IMG/VR virus record: IMGVR_UViG_3300028591_000019
Location: 13,408-77,407 of that record
DNA: 64,000 bases
Origin: a virus
Taxonomy: Duplodnaviria > Caudoviricetes
Direction: 5' to 3' (one strand)
This document shows, piece by piece, positions 1 to 9,157 of this stretch; position 1 is the stretch's first letter; each line of letters opens with the position of its first letter. The notes below the pieces were generated by a model. It was not told the origin of the DNA. It did not search any database and saw only the letters and a list, made by a program, of their open reading frames with translations. The position numbers and the translations under genes are program-made.

Positions 1-1490
1 TATTTCATCGTGTCCATCAGAATGCCAAGGCTCATTCCTGCACGGGCATTCTCTTTTTCTGTCTGCTCGGAGAAGATATCTCCAAACATTACGAACCGCC
101 ACTCATGCTTCAGACCTATCGTGGAGTACAGCCAGTTCATCATCGACTCAAAAGTTCTGTACACACAGCGCATATACTGGGATTCAATCTTTGCGCTTAT
201 CTCGACCATGCCGACTCTCGGCTCTGTGGTGGCATTTACGATACCACTACCAGATTTCATAATCGTGTAGCTGTATCCCTTAGAAGAAATCTCCGTTGCG
301 CTCGGTGCTTCCGCAAGCTGTTCCAGTTTCATGTTCTTCAGCGGAGCGGCGAAGAAGCCGATACCAGACGTATTGTTCTGGGCAAGCATCTGATACCACA
401 ACGCTTCAAAGAACGCTCTGCCAGAAGGAGACAGCTTATACGCATCTTCCATTGCGGTCATTCCGTTGGTGTCCGCATATTCCATCTCGCCAAGCACTAC
501 GCTGACAAGAGGATTGGCAAGCAATTCCAACTGCAAGTTTTCATACTGTGCAATCTGTGCCATCGAGAGCATCAAGCCCGTCATCGGCGGTACGACATTC
601 CTGTCGCTGTCATCACACTCAAACGTCCATACCGTTTCAGCAGGAAGCGTTACCCACCAGAACCATCTGCCGTTCTGGTAATACACATTCGGATTGCCAC
701 GCATCTTGCCGATATCCTGTCTCTTCAGAGAGGAATACTTAACACGCTTTCTGTCATCCACATAGCCAAGAAGGTCATCCAGATACGGAACAAACAAGTC
801 CCCAAACTGAAGCGGGTCTGTACCTTCCTCAAGGAAGTACATCATATTGAAAGCAACGGTATACTTTGTGATGTTATTGAACCCGACAATCTTGCACCAG
901 TCCTGCGGAAGTTGCTGAAGGAAGCAATAGTTAACATTGTTATGCGGTCTATCCAAAGACTTCCGCAGAATGTAAAAACCTTTTCCTTCCCGTCCGCATT
1001 GCATAGCAATCTGATGCGCTGTCTGTGCGGGGTCGATATATTTGGAAATCTTCTCTACAAGTCTCCATTCCCGCATGACAGTCTTCTTCTCTGCATCGGA
1101 AGTTATCTCTTCCAAGTCAGCAGGATAGGTGTAATGCCTGTAGGTCAGAATATCCGCATAAGTTTTGATAAGTTTGAAATAAGGATATGCCGTGTAGGTA
1201 AGAGCATTTGATACTTGTCTTAACGGCAGTTCGTTACCAGACGGGTTAAGAAGCATTTCGACAAGCTTGTTCTTGCCGTACTCTCTCGGAAGAGAAGTGA
1301 TTGCTTTGACACGGTCGTTCTGGACATACGGGTTCGCTGTCATCATCAAGTTCTGCATATTCGCAAGACCACGATACGCACCCGTTCTCGTAAGCGCAGA
1401 ATATAACGAATCGGACGGCATCCCGCTGTACTTCGATTCAATATCTCGGAACAGCTTCTGGAATGTCAGCTGATTCGTGTTCTCTTTCAA
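1..1490 (-). CDS. Putative phage portal protein (3' end runs off the left edge)
   Basis: Manual minus-strand translation from TTG at 1490 (LKENTNQLTFQKLFRDIESKY...YFKLIKTYADILTYRHY) is open over the part read; absent from the track presumably because no stop lies in the window; follows the terminase genes. Confidence 0.7.
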   Translation of the reverse strand, partial: MKENTNQLTFQKLFRDIESKYSGMPSDSLYSALTRTGAYRGLANMQNLMMTANPYVQNDRVKAITSLPREYGKNKLVEMLLNPSGNELPLRQVSNALTYTAYPYFKLIKTYADILTYRHYTYPADLEEITSDAEKKTVMREWRLVEKISKYIDPAQTAHQIAMQCGREGKGFYILRKSLDRPHNNVNYCFLQQLPQDWCKIVGFNNITKYTVAFNMMYFLEEGTDPLQFGDLFVPYLDDLLGYVDDRKRVKYSSLKRQDIGKMRGNPNVYYQNGRWFWWVTLPAETVWTFECDDSDRNVVPPMTGLMLSMAQIAQYENLQLELLANPLVSVVLGEMEYADTNGMTAMEDAYKLSPSGRAFFEALWYQMLAQNNTSGIGFFAAPLKNMKLEQLAEAPSATEISSKGYSYTIMKSGSGIVNATTEPRVGMVEISAKIESQYMRCVYRTFESMMNWLYSTIGLKHEWRFVMFGDIFSEQTEKENARAGMSLGILMDTMK

Positions 1491-1494
1491 TTCT

Positions 1495-1839
1495 TTATTC
1501 TCTTCCATTCAGTCGTTCTTGCTCCCGCTCAAGTTCTTCTTTAAACTCTTTAAGAAAGTCTACTTGTGCCTTTTCTATCGTTTCCCTGTGCTTCTCTTCA
1601 AACTCCCGTAGGATTTCAAGATTGTTCTCATTCAGCCATTCAGCATCATCTTTTGACAGGGCATCGTAATTCTCTTGACTGATTTCCGCTACGTCCTGTT
1701 CTTCCAGTTTCTCCCCTGTATAAACAAGAACGTACTTCGTTGTAATCCTGTGAAAACGCTCTTTCAGCGCAAACTTGATATTCTCATCTGTTGGTCGCAT
1801 AGCATACAGCCGCCACACTATGCTCTTTGTCTCGCTCAT
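1495..1839 (-). CDS. Hypothetical protein between terminase and portal
   Basis: Start moved to ATG 1839, overlapping the terL stop (ATGA); MSETKSIVWRLY... Confidence 0.6.
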   Translation of the reverse strand: MSETKSIVWRLYAMRPTDENIKFALKERFHRITTKYVLVYTGEKLEEQDVAEISQENYDALSKDDAEWLNENNLEILREFEEKHRETIEKAQVDFLKEFKEELEREQERLNGRE

Positions 1840-3659
1840 AACTGGTTTCCACCCTTCCTCACAAAACCAATCCTCGACTTCGTTCCCGATGTGGAATGCG
1901 GAATCTTGCCGCCCTTCCCAGAAAAGAACTTCGTCCATCTGTTTTCCTGCTTTACGCTCTCGACCAGTTCCTTGTACTCAATCAAGTGCGAAAGCCATAA
2001 AGCATATTTCGTTGCCGACCACATATCTCGCTGTATCGCTTTGCTGATTCGTTCTTCCCGAATCGAACTGCCCGATGCTTTCTTCCGTAGGTTGGCAATC
2101 TGTCCGCACATCTCTCTTGTCTTGATATACGGAACTGCTATTTGATTATCAACAGAATCGTCTTTGATTCTGTGAAGAAGCTTGTAAGCTTTGATTCCGC
2201 TGTGAAGGTTCGATACAAGCAACTGCACGTTCCTGTGTTCAAACTCCATCTCGGCGTACTTAATCATTTCACCGTCCGAATCGCCATGCCCTACGCTCGT
2301 ACCGCCTGTAGCACGAATCGGATAGATACACGGAATCGCATTCGGAAGTTCTATGTCAGCTAACTCATGGTCTATCGTGCAAAGGGGCGGGAGTCCGTCT
2401 CCCAAATCCTTGTGCAAATCTTCAAGCACAGACCTTCCGTATGAGTTAGCGTCAATCGCAATGTAAGTCCCTCTCCCACCATCGAGACAGAACCGATACC
2501 AACGGTCTTTCAACTGCCGTGCCTGTATCATGCTGTCTCGTGGCGGCGGGTTATCTGCAATGTAAACAAAACTTTTGAGGAACTTATCCTTTCCGTTCTG
2601 TTTCTCTAACTTGCAGACCGCAGTAGCGCATTTAGCGTTCCTCGCTCCTTCGGCATACGAAACGTCATATCCGATAACGTATATGACATCTTTATCTCCG
2701 CAATGCCGATTCTCCATGTACATCAGAGTCTTGCTCTCTGTCAGTACGGAATCCCTTATAACGGGGTTCTCGCTTGACCCCGTCCAGATAGAATCAATCT
2801 CTCGAAGCTGTGCTTCGGGAGTCTGCTTCTTCCGTAGGTCTTGATAATACTCGACTTCCCTTATCCCAGACAGACACGCTACCGTTGCGGGGAAATCCAG
2901 ACATATCGAGTTCTTACCCTCTAACATCTCTGCGAAAGTATCATTCCGATACTCGAAAGACGCATTCTGCTGATTGCCCGCAGACGTAATGTAGTTCTTC
3001 TGGAAGTGCGGGAAATTCGGGTCACGCTCCTTGTTCACCATTCTTGGAACACGGGCTGTCGGAAGGACTGCATTCGCAAATCTCTCGAAGTCGAATGCCT
3101 TGCCGCTTTCTTCCTGCGCTACCTCTTCTGCCGTAATGCTATGACAGTCGTTACCACGTTCTACAGATATTGTGATTGACGAGCCATAAGCCGTCTTAAT
3201 CTCAAATTTGTCTGAACTGTTCGTAACCACGTCCCAATGAGCCGCAAGGACTGGGTACTGCTGACATATCGCTTGCCACTTCTCCGATGCAATGCTTGCC
3301 ATCTGCTCCTTTGTCGGAGCGGCATAACGCATTGTTGTGGCAGGATACAAGACACCTATCAGCATCTTTGCTAGGAAGCAACAGAAACTCTTTGTAAATC
3401 CACGACTCGCCGTGACGAATGCGTGTTGGTAGTGGAAGAAGATTCTGATGAGGATTCTCTGTACAATCTCCAAGTAGTACAGAGGATTCTCCGCTTCCAT
3501 CAAGTCGAGCAGTCTGTCTGGCATTGCTCTCCAGTAGGAAACCAACAGCCCCCACGAATCCACATCGTACAGTTCGATTCCACCGTAGTCGATTTTCCGC
3601 TCGGTTTCCTCTCTGACCCATGCCCTCTTCGTGTTAGAATATTTCCATCCCTGTGGCAT
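1836..3659 (-). CDS. terL: Terminase large subunit
   Basis: 607 aa; Walker A-like ASRGFTKS, C-terminal nuclease motifs IGYDVS and IAIDANSYG; position ahead of portal. Confidence 0.85.
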   Translation of the reverse strand: MPQGWKYSNTKRAWVREETERKIDYGGIELYDVDSWGLLVSYWRAMPDRLLDLMEAENPLYYLEIVQRILIRIFFHYQHAFVTASRGFTKSFCCFLAKMLIGVLYPATTMRYAAPTKEQMASIASEKWQAICQQYPVLAAHWDVVTNSSDKFEIKTAYGSSITISVERGNDCHSITAEEVAQEESGKAFDFERFANAVLPTARVPRMVNKERDPNFPHFQKNYITSAGNQQNASFEYRNDTFAEMLEGKNSICLDFPATVACLSGIREVEYYQDLRKKQTPEAQLREIDSIWTGSSENPVIRDSVLTESKTLMYMENRHCGDKDVIYVIGYDVSYAEGARNAKCATAVCKLEKQNGKDKFLKSFVYIADNPPPRDSMIQARQLKDRWYRFCLDGGRGTYIAIDANSYGRSVLEDLHKDLGDGLPPLCTIDHELADIELPNAIPCIYPIRATGGTSVGHGDSDGEMIKYAEMEFEHRNVQLLVSNLHSGIKAYKLLHRIKDDSVDNQIAVPYIKTREMCGQIANLRKKASGSSIREERISKAIQRDMWSATKYALWLSHLIEYKELVESVKQENRWTKFFSGKGGKIPHSTSGTKSRIGFVRKGGNQL

Positions 3660-3660
3660 A

Positions 3661-4722
3661 TCAGCTTTCCCTTACTGGCGGGAGAATCCCAAGTTCAGCC
3701 ATGACTTCCTGTTCGTGTTCTGTCGGTTTGTCCAACAGTTCGTGGAAGACATCCTTAACTTGTCCTTCTTTCGGCAACTCTATGAGTTCCGATTCTCCGT
3801 TGTTCCGTCTCATGGTATTGACCGTACACATGATTATCTCGTCCACAACATCAAGCGAGGTATGATACTGCGGATGGTCTTTCGCCAGAATCGCTCGGAG
3901 TTCATCCACTCCTACGATTTGGTTATTCTGAACCGCTCCCTTTTCTTCGAGGTGCGTAATCAGCGCATCCACCTTCATCGCTTCCAACGGCTTTACATCG
4001 GTCGCTCTCATACCTTCACGAGCCATAGCGTCTTTAATCATGTCCGAATAACGCTTTGCTCCTTGGGAATCCCCAAGACCGACACAGCGTTTCCATTCAA
4101 GACGGGATACGCAAATCTCTCGCAGAGACATATCTACTCGGGGAGTAATCGCTCCCTTGTACTCAGCCGCCTGTTCTTTATACAAAGACTCCAGTTCTTC
4201 CAGTTCACGCTTGGTGTACTCAACTGGCTCTCCACCCTCGGAGAATTTCGCCCCCCATCGCTCTCTTGCTTGGGCAAGGATTGTGTCTTTTCTTTTCTTC
4301 GGCTCTGCCTTTTCGTAGACCGTTTCTCCTGCACCGAAAGTTGCATATTCGCCAGACTGTGCATTACGGTTTAAGTTTTGCTCTCTTAAATTTTGAAGGT
4401 ACTGCTTCCAGTCTTTTGACTGGTGTGCTATCTCTGCGTAGAACGGCGTGTCACAAGCGGCACAATAAATGTAAATCGCCATGACCTTGTCCTTGCATTG
4501 CTTCTGTAGTTCCTTGACTTTCGCCGTCTGGCAGTCAATACACCACGGAAGATACCCAGTTTTAAACCAAGTGTTTCGGACTCCCTTAGAATTGCTCGGT
4601 ACTAATTCCTCTCCGCAGGATAAGCAAAATCTATAATTAAGTTTGGCATCTTGCTCCAAAATGATTCCTCTTTCCACAAGATAACTATTCTTGTCTGCGA
4701 GATGCCCAAAACCATTAAACAC
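3661..4722 (-). CDS. Putative terminase small subunit / Zn-finger packaging-associated protein
   Basis: 353 aa with CLSC, CIDC, CAAC pairs; immediately upstream of terL; function from position only. Confidence 0.5.
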   Translation of the reverse strand: MFNGFGHLADKNSYLVERGIILEQDAKLNYRFCLSCGEELVPSNSKGVRNTWFKTGYLPWCIDCQTAKVKELQKQCKDKVMAIYIYCAACDTPFYAEIAHQSKDWKQYLQNLREQNLNRNAQSGEYATFGAGETVYEKAEPKKRKDTILAQARERWGAKFSEGGEPVEYTKRELEELESLYKEQAAEYKGAITPRVDMSLREICVSRLEWKRCVGLGDSQGAKRYSDMIKDAMAREGMRATDVKPLEAMKVDALITHLEEKGAVQNNQIVGVDELRAILAKDHPQYHTSLDVVDEIIMCTVNTMRRNNGESELIELPKEGQVKDVFHELLDKPTEHEQEVMAELGILPPVRES

Positions 4723-4769
4723 GGCATCTCGCCTTTCTTTCTTGGAGGAAGGACGCTTGTGTGAATCCT

Positions 4770-4823
4770 AAAAAAAATAGCACACCTGTCGTTCCTCAGA
4801 GAGGTTAGCACGACAAGTGTGCT
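4770..4823 (-). terminator. Intrinsic terminator between replication operon and packaging genes
   Basis: Minus strand AGCACACTTGTCG...CGACAGGTGTGCT followed by a T8 run. Confidence 0.7.
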
Positions 4824-4889
4824 GATTAGAAAGGTACACCACTACCCAACTACGCTTGTATTATACCACATTTGGTATTTGTTTGTCTA

Positions 4890-5090
4890 TCATTTATCGA
4901 CTAACTGTCTCCGATATATGATAGAAGTTCGCTTACATAACTCGCATCTTACGGTTGCAACTACGTCCGTGTCCTTATTGTACGGTACGTTCACCTCTCG
5001 TCCCCTGTGCCTTATACACAGAAAGTTTTCCTTATACACGCCAAGAGGTCTTCCGCACGTTTCGCAAATAAGAATACGTTCCTTTTGCAT
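4890..5090 (-). CDS. Small Zn-ribbon protein, Com-like regulator candidate
   Basis: MQKERILICETCGRPLG...VRCELCKR; CxxC...CxxC in about 66 aa; start uncertain. Confidence 0.5.
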   Translation of the reverse strand: MQKERILICETCGRPLGVYKENFLCIRHRGREVNVPYNKDTDVVATVRCELCKRTSIIYRRQLVDK

Positions 5091-5094
5091 CCTG

Positions 5095-5325
5095 CTATGA
5101 TATTCTCCTTTCTGTCTTGAACAGCGACAGCGGAACAGCATAACAGTCTATCGTCCCGTTGCTCTGTATCGGACACCGTACTATGTCCCTGTAATCGCAA
5201 CTGTAAATATCTGGCAACGATTTCGCCTGTGTGAACTTCACAAGGTTCTTTCCTTTTCCTACCTTATACGTTGCAATCAGTACTACTCTATCCTTCCATC
5301 TTGGTTGCCTTATCTCGATACACAT
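5095..5325 (-). CDS. Hypothetical protein
   Basis: 76 aa ORF tightly packed in the operon. Confidence 0.55.
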   Translation of the reverse strand: MCIEIRQPRWKDRVVLIATYKVGKGKNLVKFTQAKSLPDIYSCDYRDIVRCPIQSNGTIDCYAVPLSLFKTERRIS

Positions 5326-5804
5326 TACTCTTCCCCCTTATTCAAATCCAAATAAGTTATCCCTATTGCGTATGAACTCCAGACATCGGCTCGGAATCCG
5401 AAAAACCAATCTGGTTCATCCTTCGTTCCCTTTCCGTTTTTGAAGTCATGCTTCGCAAATCTGTCTATCAACGCTTGCCGTATATTTGCGTCCTTCGCTT
5501 TCATCGACCCGCAAAGGTTTATCTTCTCGTCCTTACGGAATATCGGGAACACGGAAATCCCTCTGTCTACAGCACATTGGATAAATCGTCCGTTCCATTC
5601 GATACTCTTAATCGTGCTTTGCCCTACCGCCATCCCGTAAGAAGCAAACGCTTCGTAAACCAGTTTCCCGTACTCCTCTGTCTTCACGATTCCAAGAAGT
5701 TCTTCGTTCGATATCTTCCCGAATCTCAACGGCATATACGTTTGTTCCTGCATAAGGCAGAAACCACTCTCTGTCGTTCCTACATCCAACGCCAAAATAT
5801 TCAT
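5325..5804 (-). CDS. RuvC-like Holliday junction resolvase
   Basis: N-terminal ILALDVGTTESG, LVYE, and C-terminal ADVWSSYAI acidic motifs of phage RuvC-like enzymes. Confidence 0.75.
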   Translation of the reverse strand: MNILALDVGTTESGFCLMQEQTYMPLRFGKISNEELLGIVKTEEYGKLVYEAFASYGMAVGQSTIKSIEWNGRFIQCAVDRGISVFPIFRKDEKINLCGSMKAKDANIRQALIDRFAKHDFKNGKGTKDEPDWFFGFRADVWSSYAIGITYLDLNKGEE

Positions 5805-5884
5805 CAGTCCAATAAAGCGAAGAGGATAAGAACTATAATCAACCGAACCGCTATTGCTACTGCCATCTCCGTCTGCTCCTTTCC

Positions 5885-7210
5885 TTAATCATCGAACGGG
5901 GCTTCCTCGCCCTCTACATCACGGAATCGTGATTCCGCATAATCGTTCTGGAAATCGTCCGCAGGATTGTCGAACCGATACTGCTCTCCAATCCATGTCA
6001 GCGGTAGCGAACCGCACGACCCGTTTCGGTTCTTTGCGATAATTAGCTTCGCTTCTCTCGGACTTATTTCCTCATCGTATACAGACGGTCTGTACGGGAA
6101 GAGGATAATATCCGCATCCTGTTCGATATCTCCAGATTCCCGAAGGTCTGACATAACAGGCTCATGCTCTGCTCTCTGTTCTGCGGAACGATTCAGCTGT
6201 GCAACGCAGATAACGGTACAGTCCATGTCCTGTGCGAGTCTCTTGAGAGCATGGGATATCTCTCCTATCTCCTGCGCTCTGGAACTATTCTTACGAACAT
6301 TCGTCTGCATAAGACCGATATAGTCTACGATTACCAAGTCGATTCCTCTTGCCTGTTTTGAAATCTTCCTGCATACCGTCTGCAACTTCGTGATAGAAAG
6401 TGTCCCGCTGTCGAATCCGTACATCTTCTTTGTCTTGAGCAGATTCGCAAACTCCTGCGTCTTGTTAAAAGCTGTTGAGGTGTCTTGCAACATTTCCTGT
6501 TCCGACATCCGAATCCCATTACAGATAAGACGCTTCATTATCTCGGAGTTCTTCATCTCAAGAGAGAACATCACGACCGTCTTGTCTTTCATCGCTACGT
6601 TCAATGCGATATTCTCTGCCAATGCGCTCTTGCCCATGCTCGGTCTTCCTGCTATGATGACAAGATTCCCTTTCCGCAAGCCGCCTATCGTTTTGTCAAG
6701 TTCCGTAAAGCCTGTCGGAGTTCCCTTTGTGTTGTCTCCGATTTCTGAGAAAGCGTTCAGCACTTCCATCTCGCCGTACTTGATAGCTTCCGTCTCGTCC
6801 CCATCCGCAATCGAATCCATTCTGGATTGCAGATTATCGAAGCAGGACTCGTTTTCTTCCTTGAACTCCTTTGCCGCTACACGCAACGCATCTCCAAACT
6901 TCCGTCTCTTAACTTGGCTTTTCAGCGTCTTGATATAGACGGGCATCTGCGACTTGTAATGTTCGCCTTGCAGGATATCCGTTATCACGTTCGTAATGAA
7001 GTCTGTTTCAAACAGGGAAGATACGGATACGAAATCAATCTTCTGATTCGACACATACAAGGCTTCCATTGCGGAGAATATTCTTCTGCAATCGTTACTG
7101 GAGAAATCATCCCTCTCCAGTTCTGCGAACGCTTGCTCAACGCTCTTCTCGTCTTCCATCATGCAACCGATTATCGCTCTCTCGATTACATTGTTCCGCT
7201 TTGCTTCCAT
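5885..7210 (-). CDS. dnaB: Replicative DNA helicase
   Basis: AGRPSMGKS, FSLEM, VDYIGLM, QLNR, SDLRESGDIEQDAD, KNRNG motifs. Confidence 0.95.
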   Translation of the reverse strand: MEAKRNNVIERAIIGCMMEDEKSVEQAFAELERDDFSSNDCRRIFSAMEALYVSNQKIDFVSVSSLFETDFITNVITDILQGEHYKSQMPVYIKTLKSQVKRRKFGDALRVAAKEFKEENESCFDNLQSRMDSIADGDETEAIKYGEMEVLNAFSEIGDNTKGTPTGFTELDKTIGGLRKGNLVIIAGRPSMGKSALAENIALNVAMKDKTVVMFSLEMKNSEIMKRLICNGIRMSEQEMLQDTSTAFNKTQEFANLLKTKKMYGFDSGTLSITKLQTVCRKISKQARGIDLVIVDYIGLMQTNVRKNSSRAQEIGEISHALKRLAQDMDCTVICVAQLNRSAEQRAEHEPVMSDLRESGDIEQDADIILFPYRPSVYDEEISPREAKLIIAKNRNGSCGSLPLTWIGEQYRFDNPADDFQNDYAESRFRDVEGEEAPFDD

Positions 7211-7233
7211 AGTGTGGTGTACCTACTTTCCTT

Positions 7234-8136
7234 TTATTCCTGCCTGTTCTTCAACGACTCACGAAGATTCCTCGCCAACTCTTGGAACTGCTTCCTCTGC
7301 TCTGTATCGTCTGGCTTCTGGCTCAAATCCTTGTACCGAGACTTCGTTTCCAACTTCTGTTTGTTCTGCATATACGGTCTGTTCTTATCGAAAGCGTCCA
7401 TCGTATCGAAGTTCCATCCTACCCATTGTCTGCTCATCGCTTCTTCAATTCTTTCAACAACAGCTTTCTCTCCACGTTTCTGGATTTCATTCTTCAGCTT
7501 TGTCAACAATTTCTGGAATCCAGTTGCTGACTTGTACGGTGTCTTGATTTCTTTCTTGTATTCAATCCATTCACCAAGTATCGAAACAACAGCAGGAGAA
7601 AAGTTCTTTGCCTTGACTTCTTCCATGAGAACTTCTGTTGAAAGAGTCCCGTTGTTCTTTGTCTTCTTCTGTTTCTCTGGCTTATCACCCTTGGGGGGAT
7701 TAAAGGGGGGATTATAAGTATCTTTATAAGTATTCTCATACTCTATATCTGTGTTTATATCTGGTAATGCTTTGCCCTCTGAGGCAAATCCATTTTCCCT
7801 ACAGGGCAAATCCATTTGCCCTTTTTGCAATAAGCACATTCCTGCTTCTGTAAATGAATACCATAGCGTCCTGTCAGTAGGAAGTTCATTATAGTTCCCT
7901 GTCTGAATAAGCCCTTCTTCAATAAGGTTGTTTAACGCTCCACGAATTTGCTTTGCGGAAGCATATGGGAACAAATCGCCAAACGCTTTCACGCTGTTAT
8001 ATGTCCAATAACATCCGTCATGGAAATGCTTCCCGTTCGCCATGTTCTTCTTTATCCAGAACTCAAAGTGATTTAACAGAACCGCTTCCAAGATTCCGTA
8101 TTTCTCTGCGATACCAATATCAAAACTGTGTTGCAT
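7234..8136 (-). CDS. Phage replication initiator / replisome organizer
   Basis: N-terminal winged-helix type start (MQHSFDIGIAEKYGILEAVLLNH...YWTYNS), low-complexity linker with iterons, directly upstream of dnaB. Confidence 0.75.
   Translation of the reverse strand: MQHSFDIGIAEKYGILEAVLLNHFEFWIKKNMANGKHFHDGCYWTYNSVKAFGDLFPYASAKQIRGALNNLIEEGLIQTGNYNELPTDRTLWYSFTEAGMCLLQKGQMDLPCRENGFASEGKALPDINTDIEYENTYKDTYNPPFNPPKGDKPEKQKKTKNNGTLSTEVLMEEVKAKNFSPAVVSILGEWIEYKKEIKTPYKSATGFQKLLTKLKNEIQKRGEKAVVERIEEAMSRQWVGWNFDTMDAFDKNRPYMQNKQKLETKSRYKDLSQKPDDTEQRKQFQELARNLRESLKNRQE
7771..7821. repeat. Iteron-like repeats, putative replication origin
   Basis: Perfect palindrome GGGCAAAT-CC-ATTTGCCC at 7804-7821 and degenerate copy AGGCAAAT-CC-ATTTTCCC at 7782-7799, next to an AT-rich tract inside the initiator gene. 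Confidence 0.55.
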
Positions 8137-8151
8137 TCTCTTCCCCCATTC

Positions 8152-8622
8152 TTAGAAACCAACATCTATTGTTTCATCCTCATCTCCGTCATAGGTAATC
8201 TCAAACGGAGAACCATTGACATTGAGGACTTCCTTGTAAATCTTCTTCTCGTACTGCCTAGACTCTTCTATCCAAGCCAAAGCTTTCATCAACCGCTTTG
8301 TCGGAAGAACTGTCGTGCAGAAGATTGCGTATTGCTGTTCGCCTGTTCGCTCCGTCATATAAGTGTCTGGTGTGCGGATTCCAGATACGAACACGAACTC
8401 TCGGTTCTTCAACGTCTTTGCTACCTCTACGGAAGCAAACCCCGCACAGACACAAGTTACTTTCTTGTAAACTGCTTTGTCGTTAACTAAAGTCGAATCG
8501 TACTGCAACGTGAAACGAACGCAAGGCTTCCCCTTCTTCGTCTCCGTTTCATACGCATCGCCGAACAGAGTTCCGTCAGCAATCGCATATACCTTGTTGC
8601 CGTCTTTCTGTGCTATCAACAT
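8152..8622 (-). CDS. Divergent SSB-like OB-fold protein
   Basis: IADGTL...VRFTL...VTCVC...FVFVSG pattern parallels SSB; acidic tail DGDEDETIDVGF. Confidence 0.55.
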   Translation of the reverse strand: MLIAQKDGNKVYAIADGTLFGDAYETETKKGKPCVRFTLQYDSTLVNDKAVYKKVTCVCAGFASVEVAKTLKNREFVFVSGIRTPDTYMTERTGEQQYAIFCTTVLPTKRLMKALAWIEESRQYEKKIYKEVLNVNGSPFEITYDGDEDETIDVGF

Positions 8623-8631
8623 TTGGCGTTA

Positions 8632-9069
8632 TTAAGCGAAAAATACGGACTCAGACTCGTCAGACGGTTCATCCTGCATCTCGCCCTCTATCGTGGCTGT
8701 ATCGACGTTATTAAGGTTTTCTGAGGAATATAACGCTCCTGCGTTGACGATGAACTCGGCTGTCACCTTGAATGCTTTCTGTCCTGTCTTCTTACTGCGG
8801 TATTCATCTGGTGCTTTTGTGCCGAAGACGATAACCCTATCGCCTTTCTCGCATTGTGTCGCAACGTCTGCCCAGTAATCCCATGCTTCGCACAGCAAAG
8901 ACTTCGGAGTGGACTTACCGCTCTTCTCGTCTTTCTGTCTGCCATAAAGAACATAAAAGATAGTATGGTGCTTGCCACTTGGTGTAACATTGAAAATAGG
9001 CTCGGCTGTAATCGTGCCGACTATTGTGGAAGGGTGATACCCTGTGTTTGTTCCCTGTTCTATCAGCAT
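8632..9069 (-). CDS. ssb: Single-stranded DNA-binding protein
   Basis: IVGTITAEP...TPSG...CEAW...KGDRVIVFG OB-fold pattern; acidic C-tail DEPSDESESVFFA. Confidence 0.7.
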   Translation of the reverse strand: MLIEQGTNTGYHPSTIVGTITAEPIFNVTPSGKHHTIFYVLYGRQKDEKSGKSTPKSLLCEAWDYWADVATQCEKGDRVIVFGTKAPDEYRSKKTGQKAFKVTAEFIVNAGALYSSENLNNVDTATIEGEMQDEPSDESESVFFA

Positions 9070-9157
9070 CGCTTTCTCCTTGTATAAGACTTAAAGGTTT
9101 GGGGCATGACCCATTTCATGCCCCGTCACTATACGACAACCAGAACCGTCTTTTATT

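Noticed and set aside
105-1211. 368-aa plus-strand ORF
   Set aside because: Antisense shadow of the minus-strand portal-like gene; no recognisable motifs
3370-3400. Terminase Walker A variant ASRGFTKS as a sign of inactivity
   Set aside because: The lysine and serine are retained and the gene is full length; variation at this position alone is not evidence of loss
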